A DNA stretch of 64,000 nucleotides from Vulcanimicrobiota bacterium (lineage in GTDB: Bacteria; Vulcanimicrobiota; Vulcanimicrobiia; Vulcanimicrobiales; Vulcanimicrobiaceae), in NCBI GenBank assembly GCA_963795855.1, contig CAWCIZ010000002.1:344342-408341 (forward strand). The letters run 5' to 3'. Positions 30,608-40,064 of this stretch are shown here, in pieces. Position numbers and translations under genes: made by a program. The notes beneath the pieces are model-generated. The model was not told the origin of the DNA. It searched no databases and worked only from the letters and a program-made list of their open reading frames with translations. How positions within the stretch are numbered: the first letter of the stretch is position 1; the number at the start of each line of letters is the position of its first letter.

Positions 30608-31447
30608 TTAGCCGGCTCTGCTTACGTTATCGGCCGTGGGCGGATTTTTGCGCAGGTACTTCTGCTTGACGTTGGGGTCGCCGTCGCGATAGCCGAGGTC
30701 GCTGCGCAGCTCCCGCAGTTTTTGGCGCAGATGGATCACGGCTTGCGCGTGAATCTGCGATACGCGCGATTCCGAAACGTTCAGCGCGCCTTTGATTTCC
30801 TTGAGCGTGAGGCCGTCGAAGTAATACAGCGAGATGACGGTTCGCTCTTGCGGGGGCAGTTCTTCAACCGCTCTGACGAGCGCCGAACGAATTTCGCGGT
30901 GCTCGACGGCAGTGGTGACGTCGTTGTCGGAGTCCTTGAGCGTGTCGACGAGCGGAATTTCGTAGCCCTTCTCGTTGGGCAGAAACTCTTCGAGCGAGAG
31001 CACGGCAGTGCCGCGCACGCGCTGCATCACGGTGTCGAGTTCTTTGCGCGAGATGCCGAGCTTTTCGGCGAGCTCGTCTTCGGTGGGGACGCGGCCGAAC
31101 TGAGCTTCGAGTTCCTGATACGCGCGTTCCAATTCGCGTGCGCGCTGGCGTACGGCGCGCGGAACCCAGTCGAGCGAACGAAGCGCGTCGAGGATGGCGC
31201 CGTTGATGCGCGTGATGGCATACGTTTCGAACTTCACGCCGCGAGCATCGTCGTATTTCTCGATGGCGTCGATGAGCCCGAGAATACCGTCGTTGATCAG
31301 ATCGTTGAGTTCGACGTTCGGAGGGAGGTTCACGGAGATGCGTCCGGCCACGTACTTGACCAAGTGCAAGTACTTGTGAACGATCTCTTCTCGTGATAGT
31401 TCAACGCCGCCGATAACGTAGCGGTGCGAACTCCGGTTCAGCCTCAT
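30608..31447 (-). CDS. fliA: flagellar sigma factor FliA/SigD (sigma-28)
   Basis: 279 aa. Region 2 reads DLINDGILGLIDAIEKYDDARGVKFETYAITRINGAILD. Region 4 reads LKEIKGALNVSESRVSQIHAQAV. Confidence 0.9.
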   Translation of the reverse strand: MRLNRSSHRYVIGGVELSREEIVHKYLHLVKYVAGRISVNLPPNVELNDLINDGILGLIDAIEKYDDARGVKFETYAITRINGAILDALRSLDWVPRAVRQRARELERAYQELEAQFGRVPTEDELAEKLGISRKELDTVMQRVRGTAVLSLEEFLPNEKGYEIPLVDTLKDSDNDVTTAVEHREIRSALVRAVEELPPQERTVISLYYFDGLTLKEIKGALNVSESRVSQIHAQAVIHLRQKLRELRSDLGYRDGDPNVKQKYLRKNPPTADNVSRAG

Positions 31448-31544
31448 TCACGCTCCGAGTTATGATGTAGCCCGTTAGGGGGCTTAATTGCTTCGCCGAA
31501 AGCGGTGCTCCTACCACCGGGCTGAACGCTGGGCGCGAATTCGG

Positions 31545-32617
31545 TTAAGAGCGTGCGAAGGAAGTGTTCGTCAGCTCGCAGAGCGCGTCGGCGATGTCGT
31601 CGAGCGCGACGACGCGATCGACCAGGCCGGCTTGAGCTGCGGCCCGCGGCATACCGTACACGACGCACGTGGCCGCGTCTTGTCCGATCACGAATCCGCC
31701 GCGCTCCTTTACCTTTCGTAAACCAATCACGCCGTCTTGGCCCATGCCGGTGAGAATCGCCGCCAGCGCCGACTCGCCGTACGTCTCCGCCACCGAAGCC
31801 GTCATGACGTCGACGCTGGGCACGTGCAGCGAGCGTCCTTCTTCGGAGCGTAATTGCACCTCGACGTCGTCGCCGCCGTACGTGCGGCGCAGCGTGAGTG
31901 CCTGCCCGCCGGCGCGACGATGGCCGAGCCTTTGCGCAGCAGCATGCCGTCGACGCCTTCCACGACGCGAATTTTGCTGGCTTGATTCAGGCGCTCTGCG
32001 AGCGGGCGCGTAAAACCCGGCGGCATGTGCTGCACGATGACGATCGGCGCCGGAAAGGACTCCGGCAAAAACGGAATGATGCGCGAGAGCGCAACCGGTC
32101 CGCCGGTCGACGTGCCGATGGCCACGCAGTCGAAGAGTCTGCGGTGCGCAATTGGCGGCGTGAGCGCCTCGGTAATCGGCGGGAGAATGACTTTTGGACG
32201 CGGCGGAACGCGGCCGGTCGCGCCGCGGCGCGCGAAGACGCGCACCTTCGCAACGAGATCGCGCGCGACGTCGCTGATATTGACGTAGGCGGAGTCGGGC
32301 TTCGCGATAAAATCGACGGCGCCGAGATCGAGCGCGCGGAACGTCGTTTCGGCGCCTTCCTGCGTGAGCGCACTGATCATGATGATCGGTATCGAGGAGC
32401 GGCGCATGATTTCGCGCACGGCGTCCAGGCCGCTCATGCCCGGCATCTCCACGTCCATCGTGATGACGTCGGGGCGCAGCTGTTTGGCTTTGGTCACCGC
32501 CTCCTCGCCGTTGCGCGCCGTGCCGCAGACGACGATCTCGGGCTCGCCTTCGAGCATTTTCGAGATTGCCCGGCGCATGAACGCGGAGTCGTCGACGACC
32601 AAAACGTTAACGGCCAT
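31545..32617 (-). pseudogene. cheB: chemotaxis response regulator protein-glutamate methylesterase CheB, one frame break as assembled
   Basis: The receiver domain (MAVNVLVVDDSAFMRR...) and the start of the catalytic domain (AIGTSTGGP) are in one frame. LTLRRTYGGDDVEVQLRSEEG...GMGQDG...GQDAATCVVYGMP is in the 31545..31859 frame. The span is 1073 nt = 3n+2. Confidence 0.9.
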
Positions 32618-33437
32618 CGCTTCTCAACCGGTAATAGATCGCTTTGGGCGTGACGACCGGCTCGTAGGCGTCGGTGAGCCGCATGATCGATTCCGCGTGA
32701 CCCAAAAACAAATACCCCCGCGGGCGTAACGCTCGCGCGAAGGCTTCGACGACGCGCTTTTGGGTGGGTTTATCGAAATAGATCAAAACGTTCCGGCAAA
32801 AGATGGCGTCCATCGGCCCCTGACCGGCGACGGCAGGTTCGTCCAACAGGTTGATTCTAAAGAATTCAACCAACCGTTTCACCTCGTCGCCGATGAGAAA
32901 CCCGCCCTCGAAAGGCCGAAAGTACTTTTGAATAAGTTCGGGCGGCGTGGCGCGAAAGCTGAGGTCCCGGTAAAACCCCACGTTGCAGCGTTCCAGTGCC
33001 CGGGGTGAAAGATCGCCGGCCTTGATGTGAATTCTGCCGGGCGCGAGTTTACGCGTTTCGAGCAGGGTCATCGCGACGGAAAAAGGCTCCTCGCCCGTGG
33101 AGCATGCCGATGACCACACGCGCAGCGGCGAGCCGGCGCGAACCGCCTCGGCGACGACTTCGGTCGCCAGGACTTCGAGCTGCGCGCGCTCGCGGAAGAA
33201 ATAGGTTTCGTTGTTGGAGAGGATCGACGCCAATTCGTCCCATTCCGACTGGCGCTCCGGATTCGTCGTCAGGAAGCGGTAGTACGCGCCGAAGTCCGGG
33301 ACGCTGCGTTTGACGAGCCGCGTTTGAAGACGGCTCTGCAGCAAAAATTGCTTCGAATCGTCGTAATAGATGCCGAAACGGCCGCGAATGAGATCGCGCA
33401 ACTGCCGAAACTCGGCATCGCTGATTGTGACGAGCAA
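32607..33437 (-). CDS. cheR: chemotaxis protein methyltransferase CheR
   Basis: 276 aa: a CheR N-terminal helical domain plus the SAM-binding motif LRVWSSACSTGEEPFS. Confidence 0.9.
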   Translation of the reverse strand: MLVTISDAEFRQLRDLIRGRFGIYYDDSKQFLLQSRLQTRLVKRSVPDFGAYYRFLTTNPERQSEWDELASILSNNETYFFRERAQLEVLATEVVAEAVRAGSPLRVWSSACSTGEEPFSVAMTLLETRKLAPGRIHIKAGDLSPRALERCNVGFYRDLSFRATPPELIQKYFRPFEGGFLIGDEVKRLVEFFRINLLDEPAVAGQGPMDAIFCRNVLIYFDKPTQKRVVEAFARALRPRGYLFLGHAESIMRLTDAYEPVVTPKAIYYRLRSDGR

Positions 33438-33440
33438 GTA

Positions 33441-34640
33441 TTACTCGTCGCGAAAATGCGCGCGCGCCGCCAAACGCAGCGCCTGTCCGTACAAATACAA
33501 CCGATCCGTCACCGTTCGTTCGTGGTCTTCCCGCTGGAGAATATCGGCAAAGCGCGGCGAGGCCGCGAGTTGTTCGAAAAGCAGCGCGTAGCGCGACGGC
33601 CGCGTTTCGAGATAGCGCATAAGATGCGCGCGATGACGCAGACGCCCGTAGAAACGGCGCTTGACCGCGCGTTCGTAGTGCAGGTGCGCCGGGACGGACG
33701 CGCGGCGCGCGCAAACGACGGCCGCGGCGGCCATGCGTCCGCTCATTGCCGCTTCGTAAATGCCCTCGCCGTTGGTGGCGTCGACCAAACCCGCCGCGGT
33801 GCCGCCGACCATTGCGCCGGGCGCCGCAATCGCGGGACGCGGCTCGCTGCCGTACAGTAAGTGCCCTTCCATTTTTATCGTGTGCGGAATGCCGGGATAC
33901 AAGCGATCGCGAACGCGAGCGGTGAAGCGATCGAGTTCTGCGCGCAGCTGCGCGCCGGGCATTTTGCCCATGACGCCTAGGCCGATCGCGAGGTGATCGC
34001 GTTTGGGAAACATCCACGCGACGGTCATGCGGCCGTCTTGGGTCGGAAAATAATGCATCTCGAGCGTGCGGTACGCGATCGCGGCTGCGGGGCGTTCCAA
34101 ATAGACGCGGTATTGCAGCGTCGTCACCAGGCCGTCTTGCCACTGCGCGTATGCGAATTCGCCGCTTTCCAGTTTCGCGGTGGAACCTTGGGCGAGAAAG
34201 ACGTGACGCGCCGATATCGTACGCTGCTCGCCGGCGCGCAGATCCGCATAGTCGACGAGAATGCGTTCGCCCTGGCGGCGCAGAGATTTGAAAAGCGCAG
34301 ACGTGCGTACCTGCGCGCCTTCTTTTGCCGCCAGGGCCGCGATCGTACCGTCGAGTTCCTCGCGCGTCGTCGTGTGGCCGGGGCCGAAAAACACTTCGTA
34401 TTCGCGCAACCGCGTATCGAACAGCGCGAGGCGCGGCGTATCGCAGTGCACGAGTGTGCGGGGCAGATCGAAGGTCTCGCAGAAACCCGGACGCAGTCCG
34501 GCGGCGCAGACCCGCTTCGCGCCGACGACGCTGTCTTTGTCGAGCACGATCGTCTCGACGCCGGCGCGGGCGGCTTCGCGAGCCGCCGTTCCGCCCGCGG
34601 GCCCGCATCCAACGACGAGAAAATCGACCGTTTCGACCAT
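33441..34640 (-). CDS. FAD-dependent oxidoreductase (geranylgeranyl reductase family-like)
   Basis: 399 aa with the N-terminal dinucleotide-binding motif DFLVVGCGPAGGTAA. Confidence 0.75.
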   Translation of the reverse strand: MVETVDFLVVGCGPAGGTAAREAARAGVETIVLDKDSVVGAKRVCAAGLRPGFCETFDLPRTLVHCDTPRLALFDTRLREYEVFFGPGHTTTREELDGTIAALAAKEGAQVRTSALFKSLRRQGERILVDYADLRAGEQRTISARHVFLAQGSTAKLESGEFAYAQWQDGLVTTLQYRVYLERPAAAIAYRTLEMHYFPTQDGRMTVAWMFPKRDHLAIGLGVMGKMPGAQLRAELDRFTARVRDRLYPGIPHTIKMEGHLLYGSEPRPAIAAPGAMVGGTAAGLVDATNGEGIYEAAMSGRMAAAAVVCARRASVPAHLHYERAVKRRFYGRLRHRAHLMRYLETRPSRYALLFEQLAASPRFADILQREDHERTVTDRLYLYGQALRLAARAHFRDE

Positions 34641-34689
34641 GGCCGCGGGCTTCTATGACGCGCCGCGCGGTTCCGGCGTTTTACGAAGT

Positions 34690-35112
34690 TTACGGTTCGG
34701 AAATGTCCCCGACCATCCGTCCGACTTTCTGCGGATCCGTCGAGCGCGCGACGTCGGCTTGGCTGACGATGCCGATGACGGTGCGCCCCTGGACGACGGG
34801 CAGACGGCGAATCTGATGCTCGGACATAAGTTGCGTGGCGCGCTCGACGCTGTCCTCGGACGTCACGGAAACCGTTTCACCGCTTCGCACTTCACCGACG
34901 GTCGTCTTTGAGGGATCTTTGCCGACCGCCACCGCTCCGACGACGATGTCGCGATCGGTGATCATTCCGACAAGTTCGTTATTCTGCGCGGTTACGGGCA
35001 GCACGCCCACGTCTTGCTGTGCCATCAGTTTTGCCGCGTTGGCGATCGTATCGTCTTCGCGAGTGGTCACGACGTCTTTCGTCATGATGTCGGCGATTTG
35101 TTGATTTGCCAT
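34690..35112 (-). CDS. CBS domain-containing protein
   Basis: 140 aa with two CBS repeats (IMTKDVVT...DVGVLPV; HQIRRLPVV...GIVSQADV). Confidence 0.85.
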   Translation of the reverse strand: MANQQIADIMTKDVVTTREDDTIANAAKLMAQQDVGVLPVTAQNNELVGMITDRDIVVGAVAVGKDPSKTTVGEVRSGETVSVTSEDSVERATQLMSEHQIRRLPVVQGRTVIGIVSQADVARSTDPQKVGRMVGDISEP

Positions 35113-35127
35113 AGGGCGTACTCCTGT

Positions 35128-35413
35128 TCACACGTGTCTGTAGCACGTTCCCCTGGACCACCTCCGCAACACGCGCCAAACGACCGGTTCCCAGACCGAA
35201 TCGCCGCGAGCTTGCGCTATTTTTTGTGCGCGCTCCACATATGAGGAGTGTGATGGCAGCGCCGATGATGACGCCGTAGAGTGCGTCGATGACGTTGACC
35301 GCCGGTCCGGAAAGCCGGGTTCTCCAAATCGCCTCGACGCATGTCATTACCGAAACGAGGAGCGCCAATGAAATAATATAGAACGAAGTATTACGCGTCC
35401 TGAACTTTGCCAT
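35128..35413 (-). CDS. small hypothetical membrane protein; 3' end uncertain
   Basis: ATG 35413 opens MAKFRTRNTSFYIISLALLVSVMTCVEAIW...VIIGAAITLLI. The track frame then runs 130 nt into the CBS gene. An alternative frame ends at 35128 (...YVERAQKIAQARGDSVWEPVVWRVL). That span is 286 nt = 3n+1, suggesting another indel. Confidence 0.35.
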
Positions 35414-35559
35414 GCTGGACTTTTCCGCAGGTCGCCTTCGGGGTCCTAGCCGCGCTCGAGCGGCGCTAAGCGCGCTGCATCGCCGCAACAAAGATGCGTG
35501 GGGTCGACCCAATCCGTCGGGTTTCTCCCGAAAACGCCAAATGGTGTGTGAGGCGCCCG

Positions 35560-36726
35560 CTATTCGTCCCCGTTTTCGAAGGTGACGGTGAAAATCGCAA
35601 TGTCGTCGGGAGCCGGGGGCTCCACGACTTCGCGCAATAGATAAGACGCGGGGTTTGCGACATGCAAATTCGTCGAGGCCTCGATCGCAGCGCGCAACCG
35701 CGCTTCCCCCTCGGCCGAATCATGTGAGGCTTCGATGAGACCGTCGGTGTAACAGACCAGTGACGTCGCATCGTGTAAGGACACGCTTGTAGACGTCCGT
35801 TTCATAGTTGCAGGCACGCCGAGCAGTGTGTCGCCATTGCAAGAGCTTCTTCAATCGAACCGTCCGAGCGCTGGAGCAATGCCGGCGGATGTCCCGCGTT
35901 CGAAAATTCCAGCGTACGCCGCTGGGGATCGAGCACGCAAAAAAACACGCTGGCTATAAAGTCTGGGTTTTCCATCAGCATCATGTCCTCGACGGACGAA
36001 ATGATGGAACCGGGATCGCGATTTTGAAATTGCGCGGCTCGCATCGCGACCGCTCTGAACGACTGGCGCAGTTTGCTCATCAACACGGCCGCTTCGAGGC
36101 CGTGCCCGTTCACGTCGCCAACCGATACTGCGAGCGTGCCGTTGGAGAGCGGGAACGCATCGTACCAATCGCCGCCGACGAGCAAGTCCTTCGAACTGGG
36201 TTGGTACACGGCGTCGAAGGTGAGGTCTTTGAAGACCGGGCAGTCTTCGCGGTAGCGCGGCCTGCTGAAACGTTTCTGCGACGCGACGCTGCTGACGGTA
36301 GAGCGTTTCGAGCGCCTCTTTCGCTTGGCGAGCGGCGTGCGTCTCCATTGCCGTGCCGACCCACTGTACGATCGTACCGCTTGCATCGCGCAGCGCGTGC
36401 GCATGCGCCGAGAACCAGCGCCACTCACCGGACGCCGCGTGGCGAATACGATACTCGATTTCAACGTCTTGACCGCTCTCCATCGCCGCGTACCACGCTG
36501 CCCCCACAGACGGCACGTCGTCGGGATGAATGTAGTTGCGCCAGTCTTCGCCGGGATCGCGTTGGAAACGCGGCTGACCGGTGTATTCGTGCCACGCGCG
36601 ATTGAAAAAATTCACGACGCCGTTCGGATCCGACATCATGACGAGAATCGGCAAAGCATCCGCCATAACGCGCTGCGTTTCGGTGATTGTGTCGATCAAT
36701 CGCATGGCGGCATACTTGCTTAACAA
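35560..36726 (-). pseudogene. PAS-domain PP2C/SpoIIE-type serine phosphatase (RsbU-like), two frame breaks as assembled
   Basis: The PAS part (PILVMMSDPNGVVNFFNRAWHEYTG...) is in frame 1. The PP2C core (GGDWYDAF...GDVNGHGLEAA...FSNAGHPPALL) is in frame 2. The C-terminus (GDTLLGVPATM...LVCYTDGLIEA...IAIFTVTF) is in frame 3. Confidence 0.8.
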
Positions 36727-36827
36727 GAACCAAAATCATTCACGGCGTCCTAAAGGACGGCCGGGCAAGGCAAGCGGCGCTCACGTGCGCAGGCAAGCGC
36801 GCTTGCAGCGGTCAATTAAGCGCGGCT

Positions 36828-37385
36828 ATGCCGATCGCCACGCCGAAGAACTACCTGCATCTGCCGCTGGGCGAGAATGCTCCGGAAGAGATCAACGTCG
36901 TCGTCGAGATTCCCGAACGTTCGCGCAACAAATACGAATACGACAAGACGCTCGACATCTTCCGGCTCGACCGCGCATTGCACTCGCCGATTCACTATCC
37001 CGGCGACTATGGCTTCGCGCCGCAGACGCTGGCCCTCGACGGCGATCCGCTCGACGTGCTGATCCTGACCATCGAGCCGACCTTCGCGGGGTGCCTGGTG
37101 GTTGCACGGCCGATCGGCTTGCTCAAGATGATCGACGAGGGCAAGGAAGACGACAAGATCCTTGCCGTGCCGGTCGGGGAACCGTCATTCGACGGCATCC
37201 ACAACTACACGCAGATCTTTCCGCACCTTGTACGAAAAATCTCGCACTTCTTCGAGACGTATAAACTGCTGGAGGGCAAGAAAACTGCGACGCAAGGCTG
37301 GCAAGACGCGGCCGCGGCACGGCAGATCGTGAAAGAGTCCTACGAGCGCTTCACGGAGCAAGAAGCCGCACTGAAACGCTCGTAG
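36828..37385 (+). CDS. ppa: inorganic pyrophosphatase (family I)
   Basis: Starts at ATG 36828. Motifs VVVEIPERSRNKYEYD and DGDPLDVL are present. Confidence 0.92.
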   Translation: MPIATPKNYLHLPLGENAPEEINVVVEIPERSRNKYEYDKTLDIFRLDRALHSPIHYPGDYGFAPQTLALDGDPLDVLILTIEPTFAGCLVVARPIGLLKMIDEGKEDDKILAVPVGEPSFDGIHNYTQIFPHLVRKISHFFETYKLLEGKKTATQGWQDAAAARQIVKESYERFTEQEAALKRS

Positions 37386-37393
37386 CGAACTTT

Positions 37394-38389
37394 TCACGGG
37401 CCAATGGCAGTTTGCGCGGGCCCATAGCCCGCCCCGTTGTTGAATGTTCCGGCATCCATCGCAAAAGCCGGTGAACCGGACGGTTGCAGCGACGTAAACA
37501 CGTCGATGCCGAAGTTGCCGGTGCCCTGCGTTTGACCGTACGGAACGTAGAGGTGTCCGTGTGAATCGAATATCGGAGCGAACGGTTGACCGTCAGCGTT
37601 CATGGTCGTCCACTTACTCGACGTCGTTAACGGCAGCGTCGAATAAAACAGGCTGGAACAATTGCAAGGGAATGGGAAGTACGCCGTTACGACGATTTCG
37701 TTGCCGTAGATTGCGACTCCGTTCAATTGCCATCCGAAGGTCGTGGCAAACGGTTTGCCGGTATAAGGCGGCGCATAGCGCAGCAGCGCCGATTGCGGAG
37801 GCATCGACCCAGTGCCGTAGATTTGGATTTGCGTGACGTACACGTTTCTAGAGACGTCTGCCGCGACGTCGCCCGGATTGGATACGGGAATCGTTACGCT
37901 CGCGGTGGACGACGCGGAAAGAGGCGATTGAAATTTCTGGACCTCCTTAGCGGTCGGCACCCACAGGCCGCCTTGCCGATCGAACGCTAGGAATTGCGGA
38001 TTTGCGGCCGCCGTTATTGCAAAGTGAGATCCCGTCGTGCCGGTGACGACCTGTTTGTAGATGCTCACCCTATCTGTCGCCCGGCTATCCACGGCGAGAT
38101 ACGTGCCGTTCGATGCGACGCCGAGCGGCGAAGTGTACGAACGAACTATCAGTGGTTTCGAACTGCTGCTATACGGCGGCCCATATTGCTTCCACGTGCC
38201 GCGGTCCGTTACAAAGAGGCAGTTGTTCGCGCAACTTGCCGTCCCGGCCGCGAGGGAATTGTCTGCCGGCAATCGATCTTGGCTTTGAATCGGCGGCGGA
38301 TTGATTCCGTGACCGCCGCAAGCACTCAGCAGTAAAGCGAGAGTTGCGCAACTAAAAGAAAAAGAACAGGAACGCAAACGAAGTGCCAA
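37394..38389 (-). CDS. hypothetical lipoprotein (beta-propeller-like repeats)
   Basis: 331 aa with the lipobox LLSAC after a signal peptide. Ser/Thr/Gly/Tyr-rich secreted-type composition. Confidence 0.6.
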   Translation of the reverse strand: MALRLRSCSFSFSCATLALLLSACGGHGINPPPIQSQDRLPADNSLAAGTASCANNCLFVTDRGTWKQYGPPYSSSSKPLIVRSYTSPLGVASNGTYLAVDSRATDRVSIYKQVVTGTTGSHFAITAAANPQFLAFDRQGGLWVPTAKEVQKFQSPLSASSTASVTIPVSNPGDVAADVSRNVYVTQIQIYGTGSMPPQSALLRYAPPYTGKPFATTFGWQLNGVAIYGNEIVVTAYFPFPCNCSSLFYSTLPLTTSSKWTTMNADGQPFAPIFDSHGHLYVPYGQTQGTGNFGIDVFTSLQPSGSPAFAMDAGTFNNGAGYGPAQTAIGP

Positions 38390-38472
38390 ACCCGCACCTC
38401 CTCGTGCAAATGCGCCAACGACTTATTATAACGGTCACGTGCACCTTGTCGTAGGGCCTTGCGACCGCGCTT

Positions 38473-38646
38473 TTAGGTACACTCTACCGTAAGCCGGTAA
38501 GCGACGGCCAAGTCTTCGATGCGGGTTTCCAACCGCTCGAAGCGCAGCGGGTACCTGTGCCATACGAGGGATTCAAGCATAGGCGCGGTGGCGGGAATTT
38601 GCTTTGAACGCGGTTTAGTATGCTTTGGCCGCATGACGAACGCCAT
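38473..38646 (-). CDS. hypothetical small ORF (57 aa), same frame as the upstream 77-aa ORF
   Basis: My translation: MAFVMRPKHTKPRSKQIPATAPMLESLVWHRYPLRFERLETRIEDLAVAYRLTVECT*. It falls below the track's 60-aa cut-off. Confidence 0.3.
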   Translation of the reverse strand: MAFVMRPKHTKPRSKQIPATAPMLESLVWHRYPLRFERLETRIEDLAVAYRLTVECT

Positions 38647-38685
38647 GTTGCGACCAAGCCGATGACGTTGCCCGAAAAGGCTCGG

Positions 38686-38919
38686 CTATGGTGTCCGAGG
38701 TTGTTGCTGCACGTTTTGGGTTTGACTGCACACCATTTCGTGCAGTTCGCGAGCAAAATAGGTCCGTGCTTCCTGCGGTATGCTCTGCGCTTGTTCGTCG
38801 GCGATGACGTTCTCGACGATCGCATACGCGTTGTGAGGGGTGATTGCCTCAGGCTCGTGTGCCGCAACGTTCTTGAGACGTTTCCATACGCGTTCGGCAT
38901 CCGTCAAATACAAAAACAT
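38686..38919 (-). CDS. hypothetical protein (77 aa) in an AT-richer islet
   Basis: MFLYLTDAERVWKRLKNVAAHEPEAITPHNAYAIVENVIADEQAQSIPQEARTYFARELHEMV... has protein-like composition. No family recognised. Confidence 0.45.
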   Translation of the reverse strand: MFLYLTDAERVWKRLKNVAAHEPEAITPHNAYAIVENVIADEQAQSIPQEARTYFARELHEMVCSQTQNVQQQPRTP

Positions 38920-39103
38920 GGCTGGTCCGAATTTAGCACAGCGTTACATTGCCTGCCGTTCGATATCAAACGTAACGAAAGTCAACCAAAAAAAAACGCA
39001 CCTAGGCCTTGCTAGTCTGCATGGCATGCCGCCATCCGCACGCCGCGAGCTTGCTAAATAGCAGTTACGAGTACACAATAAACCGGCGCGCAGAATTGCA
39101 ACG

Positions 39104-39823
39104 ATGCAGCAGAGCAAATTACTGGCTTTACTCCCCCAAGACGAAAGAGATCGACTTTCGCCTTTCCTTCACGAAGTGTCTTTGCGACAGAATGACGAGC
39201 TGGTCGAGGCAGGGTACCCGATCGAGCACGTATGGTTTCCTCACGATTGCGTGACCTCGACGGTCGTGGATTCTGCTGAAGGCGCGACGATCGAAGTGGG
39301 ACTCATGGGCTACGAAGGCATGGTTGGCCTTTCCCTGTTACTAGGGAAGAGAATTAGCAACACGACCGTTATCGTTCAGGTCGCGGGCAGAGCCACGAAG
39401 ATGGCCGCAGCGGATTTCATTCGGCACGTCGTTCAGCGGCGCGGCAATCTATTTGACCGCCTGTTGCAATATACGGATGCCTTCATGGCGATGGTCGCCC
39501 AAACGGCGGCGTGCAACAGCCTGCATAGCATCGATGAACGGTTAGCGCGATGGATTCTCATGGTGCACGATCGCGTTGAACGCAACGAGATTTTGCTCAC
39601 GCAAGAATTTCTAGCGTATATGCTAGGCGTGCGGCGACCTTCGGTATCGCTCGCCGCAAGCGGGCTGCAGCAGATGGGACTGATCTCGTACAGTCGCGGA
39701 CACATGACGATTCGCGATCGTCATGGGCTCGAGGAACGCGCGTGTCCGTGCTACGAAATCGTGCGCAATATCGCCGGCGGTATATTCCCGAGAGAAAACG
39801 AGCAACGTAGGGAAGGCGCGTAG
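39104..39823 (+). CDS. Crp/Fnr-family transcriptional regulator
   Basis: 239 aa: a cNMP-binding-like N-terminal domain and the C-terminal [42 protein letters not shown]. Confidence 0.85.
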   Translation: MQQSKLLALLPQDERDRLSPFLHEVSLRQNDELVEAGYPIEHVWFPHDCVTSTVVDSAEGATIEVGLMGYEGMVGLSLLLGKRISNTTVIVQVAGRATKMAAADFIRHVVQRRGNLFDRLLQYTDAFMAMVAQTAACNSLHSIDERLARWILMVHDRVERNEILLTQEFLAYMLGVRRPSVSLAASGLQQMGLISYSRGHMTIRDRHGLEERACPCYEIVRNIAGGIFPRENEQRREGA

Positions 39824-40064
39824 CACATCCCCTAACCGGGCAGGGGTGTTCCAAGTCTTCAGATGCGCGTTTCAAGCCGTGAAACGCGATGCGAGAGCAT
39901 CGCGAAAACTCTTGTTGCCGCGGGTTCCCTTCGACCTAGGGTTCCAGGGCAGCAAGAGGACTAGCCCCCTACCCCCTCAAACGGACGTTCGAACTTCCCT
40001 TCGGCGTCGCCCAGGATGGCACGCCGGCGGGACTCGCTTTACTGCACTTACCGTAAGGATTCGC

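Noticed and set aside
38686-38688. The in-frame TAG as a pyrrolysine or readthrough codon.
   Set aside because: No pyl genes or PYLIS-like context are visible in the window. TAG is used as an ordinary stop by other genes here, for example 22170..22574.
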